The notes under the pieces: model-generated
The model's database searches: none
Told to the model about the DNA's origin: nothing
Seen by the model: the letters and a program-made list of their open reading frames with translations, nothing else
Made by a program: the position numbers and the translations under genes
In this document: piece by piece, positions 60,386 to 64,000 of the stretch
How the letters are laid out: every line of letters begins with the position of its first letter
Position numbering within the stretch: position 1 is the first letter of the stretch
From: Alphaproteobacteria bacterium
Lineage (GTDB): Bacteria > Pseudomonadota > Alphaproteobacteria > Bin95
DNA length: 64,000 nt
Assembly (NCBI GenBank): GCA_965205265.1
Contig: CBDBGH010000003.1
Span: 5,248,001 to 5,312,000, forward strand
Direction of reading: 5' to 3'

Positions 60386-60714
60386 GCTGCAGCGGGCTCA
60401 CCGCCCGCAACACACATTGACGCGGATCGAGTGCGGCGAAGTCGGCAAGCTTCAACGCGACGAACCGCCTCCGGCTCTGCCGAGCGGAGTCGAGCGGTTC
60501 GATGGTTCAAGGGATCCTGCGGCCGCCCCAGGTCCCGGCAGGCGGAGGCAGACACTAGGTTGTCAGTCTGCTGTGCAATTGAAGGGTTTCGAAACCGGCG
60601 AGTGCCCGCAACCGGGCTTGCGCCATCACATTGAAGGACCGCTGTTCCGGATATTCCAATGCGGTCGCTGAAGAGCGGACAGGATGACTCCCTGTCCGCC
60701 TTGCACATTGAAGC
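60386..60714 (+). CRISPR. Degenerate CRISPR-like mini-array (4-5 units)
   Basis: Hairpin followed by ATTGA(C/AG) at 60416, 60578, 60630, 60707. Confidence 0.6.
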
Positions 60715-60742
60715 TCCATCAGAGCCTCGATATGGCGCGGTT

Positions 60743-61762
60743 TCATCGAGGTTTCGCCGGTATTCCGGCGTGTTTCTCCAGATGGGATTCGAAGCGGCGG
60801 GTCGCCTGCTCCCAGGAGCGCGCCCGGGCCGCCGCCACGCAGGCCCGGGGATCGAGGCCGAGAGCCCTGCGGGCCGCGGCTCCCAGATCCCTGTCAAGAA
60901 TGCCGCTGCGTCCGTGCTCGACGACATCCAGCGGCCCGGTCACCGGAAATGCCGCGACCGGAACCCCGCAGGCCATCGCCTCGAGCATGACCAGCCCGAA
61001 GGTATCGGTCACGCTCGGGAACACGAGGACATCGGCCGATGAGATGTGGCGCACGAGGTCCGCGCCGGACTTCTCGCCGAGGAACAGGGCGTCCGGATAG
61101 CGCGCCTCCAGTCGCCGGCGGTCCGGGCCGTCCCCGATGACAACCTTCGTGCCCTCCAGGTCCAGTCCCAGGAAGGCATCGAGGTTCTTCTCCACCGCGA
61201 CCCGACCGAGCGCCAGAAAGACGGGCCGGGCAGCGTCGATGGCGTCCCCCGGTCCCGGCCTGAACAGGGTCGTGTCCACGCCCCGCGGCCAGAGGACGAG
61301 ATTCGCGAAGCCGCGCCGGGCCAGCCGGTCTCGCTGGCTGGCGGTAGGCACCATGGTCCGTGCCGCCCGGCCGTGAAAGCGACGCAGCCAGACATAGGTC
61401 CATGCGACAGGAACCGGTATCCGGGCCCGGACATATTCCGGGAACTGCGTGTGGAAGGCGGTGGTGAAGGGGAAACCGTTGGCGAGGCACCAGTACCGCG
61501 CTGCCTGGCCGATCGGCCCTTCCGTGGCGATATGAACGCAGTCGGGCCGGAATGACCGGAGCGCAGCGCGAACGCCCCGGCGCGCGCCGAGCGCGAGCCG
61601 GATGGAGGGATAGGAGGGGCAGGGCACCGAGCGGAATCGCGTCGGCGTGACTAGTTCCACGATGTGACCGAACGCCTCGAGGGTCTCGGCGGTCTTGCCG
61701 AGCGTGCGGACAACGCCGTTGACCTGCGGGTGCGCCGCGTCGGTCGCTATGAGGATACGCAT
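60743..61762 (-). CDS. GT4 family glycosyltransferase
   Basis: TDA..PQVNGV, HIATEGP, RGVD, GRVA.EKN, FPS.TDTFG...LEA.ACG.PV. Confidence 0.93.
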   Translation of the reverse strand: MRILIATDAAHPQVNGVVRTLGKTAETLEAFGHIVELVTPTRFRSVPCPSYPSIRLALGARRGVRAALRSFRPDCVHIATEGPIGQAARYWCLANGFPFTTAFHTQFPEYVRARIPVPVAWTYVWLRRFHGRAARTMVPTASQRDRLARRGFANLVLWPRGVDTTLFRPGPGDAIDAARPVFLALGRVAVEKNLDAFLGLDLEGTKVVIGDGPDRRRLEARYPDALFLGEKSGADLVRHISSADVLVFPSVTDTFGLVMLEAMACGVPVAAFPVTGPLDVVEHGRSGILDRDLGAAARRALGLDPRACVAAARARSWEQATRRFESHLEKHAGIPAKPR

Positions 61763-61856
61763 CGGCCGTCCTGTCGCTCCTGGAAGGCGTCCGGTTGCCG
61801 AACGCTCTCCGTGCCATTCGGCCCGGTCCGGAGCGCCTGGTTACGAAGCTCCTGCG

Positions 61857-62613
61857 TCATGCCGCCCTCCTCCCGGCGGCGGCCGCGACCATCGCCGGCG
61901 CCCCGAAAATCCCAAACGCAAACCGGACCCCGCGGGACGCCCACACACATTGAAGCGTGTTCGGATCGTCAATATCGATGAACCCGAAGCTCCCCGGTTT
62001 CCCCGGCCTTCGGCACCGGGCGCACCGTGAAGCCTGCGTGGACTGTGCGTCCGGGATCGAGGACGGCGGTTTCCTCTGGAGAATCGCCGTCCCCTGCACA
62101 ACGCGCCTTCCAACGCCGTTCCATTCCTCCCTGGACAGCCCCTTGAACACCCAGGCGGACGGGTCCGCCCGGGTGGCTCTCTCAAGGGCGGTCGCCGTAT
62201 CCCACGGTCCATCGGGATTCAGGCGGAAATTCGCCGCCACAGCGGCCAGACGCGACGGTTCCGGATGGCCTTCCGCGATGGCCCGCCATTCATCGGCGCC
62301 CGGTTCGTCGCCTTTCAGCCGGCGCTCGTACAGGGCGGCGGCACGGTCGCAATGAGCCGAGTTGCCCTCTCGAAACGGGGAATCCGGATCGCTCAACAGG
62401 GCGTGCATGAGCCGGTCCGGCAGCGCCGAGAGGTCGGCACCGACCGGGATGGCGGCCACGAAGCCGCCGGCCCATCCGGGCGCCCGGGCTTCCTCCATAT
62501 TGTAGAGGAGGGTCGACATGATGTGGGCAACGGATTCCGGAATGGCGAAGTCGTGCTCGAACAGGCCAACGGCCCTGGCGACATGTGCCTGCAGGGAGCC
62601 GGCGGTCCCCCCT
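61857..62613 (-). pseudogene. Hypothetical gene (AIPVGADLS motif), 5' end cut by IS1634
   Basis: Frame open up to the inferred IS boundary. Confidence 0.5.
61918..61956 (+). repeat. Solitary CRISPR-repeat-like unit
   Basis: ...CCCGCGGGACGCCCACACACATTGAAGC matches the array repeat ends. Confidence 0.5.
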
Positions 62614-64000
62614 CCTGACTTCGACGGTTGGGCTGACTTCTGACCGATCTCGCGTCTGGAGTTTTCAGTAAAGCCAATGAGTTGGCAGTTGCGGTGCGGT
62701 CAAGCTGCGTTGTAGTGCCTAGTAAATCTTTGAGACTGTCAATGCCTCCGCCACGCGCTACACTCCCCCCATGTTCGTGCGCATCAAGACCTCCCCCAAC
62801 AGCCCGCGACGCTCGGTCCAGATCGTCGAGGCCGTGCGCGACGGCGGCAAGGTCCGACAGCGCATCGTCCGCCATGTCGGCGTGGCCATGGACGAGGACG
62901 AGCTCGAGCGCCTGAGGCAGCTCGGCGAGTACGTCAAGGCGAAGCTGGAGGACGAGCGTCAGCCGGCATTGTTTGCGCCCGAGAAGATCGCTGAGCAGGC
63001 GATCCGTGTCGGCCGCCGGGGGGACGGCAAGGAGGAACTCCCGGTCGACCTCAAGCAGCTTGAAGAGGAGCAGCGCCTGATCACAGGCATCCACGAGGTC
63101 TATGGCGAGATCTACCGGCTGCTGGGCCTCGACGCGCTGCTGCCGCGCTCGCGCTACCGGGCCTCCCATGACGCGCTGTTCCATGTGGTGATGGCGCGGG
63201 TAGCCAACCCCGACAGCAAGCGGGGCAGCGTGCGCCGGCTCGAGGAGGACTTCGGCGTGAGTCTTCCGCTCGAGAAGGTCTACCGGATGATGGATCAGCT
63301 CGACGCGACGGTGATCGAGCGACTGCGCACGCGCGTCGGCGAGGCGAGCCGGTCGCTGCTGCCGGAGCCGGTCGCGATCCTCTTCTTCGATTGCACCACG
63401 CTCTACTTCGAGACGGCCGCCGAGGACGAGCTTCGCCAGCACGGCTTCAGCAAGGACGGCAAACACAAGGACTCGCAGGTTCTGCTGGCGCTGATGGTGA
63501 CGCGCGAAGGGCTGCCGATCAGCTACGAGGTCTTCCCCGGCGCCACCTACGAGGGACACAGCATGGTCCCGGTCCTGCAGGACATGCAGCGCCGCCACCA
63601 GGTGGAGCGCACGGTATGCGTGGCCGACCGGGGCATGCTGAGCGCCGACAACCTCGACGCCATGGACGCCATCGGCGGCGAGTATGTCGTCGGCGCGCGG
63701 CTGCGCAAGCTGCCGCTCGCGCTGCTGGGGCAGGTTCTCGACCCCGGGACCTATGCCCCGCTGGAGGGCTCACAGGACCGCCGGGTCGGCGAGTGGGAGT
63801 ACAAGGGCCGTCGCCTGATCGTCGTCTTCTGCCCCCAGCGCGCACGCAAGGACGCGCACGAGCGCCGCCATCAGGTGGAACGCCTGCTCGACAGGCTGGC
63901 CCGCAGCGACAATCCCAGGGAACTGCTCTCCAATCACGGGGCGAAGCGCTTCATCGCCGTCGAGGGCGACGCACGGCTCACGGTGAACCCGGAGAAGATC
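62614..64000 (+). mobile_element. IS1634 family element, runs off the window; transposase starts at 62771
   Basis: MFVRIK...VQIVEAVRDGGKVRQR; FFDCTTLYFE; GFSKDG; VADRGM; left end approximate. Confidence 0.9.

Overview
GC-rich window made almost entirely of accessory genes, most likely part of a large alphaproteobacterial plasmid, ICE or phage-plasmid. The host assignment rests on a permuted two-piece tmRNA and a GTTC-N7-GTTC SOS box. It carries replication and DNA-metabolism genes (dnaB, dciA-like, recD2, thyX, dcm-vsr, an amino-MTase, a tyrosine recombinase), ankyrin and pentapeptide repeat proteins, several nucleotidyltransferases, small paralogous gene families, and IS630, IS21, IS66 (remnant) and IS1634 elements. 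Five things stand out. (1) Three near-identical 1337-bp transposase-less elements carry a catalytically intact TnpB between 23-bp terminal inverted repeats with perfect 8-bp target duplications, i.e. TnpB moving with DDE-type ends. (2) A cas-less CRISPR-like array of about 30 units has hypervariable repeats that keep only a hairpin and the ATTGAAG handle; there are also satellite mini-arrays and a solitary repeat. (3) A shared promoter motif, TTTCAS-N10-nAnnnT, lies in front of at least 11 genes. (4) More than 20 unrelated proteins share an acidic/Pro-rich C-terminal tail. (5) A LexA lacks both its cleavage site and its catalytic Lys. All family assignments are from motif recognition by eye; no database searches were run.
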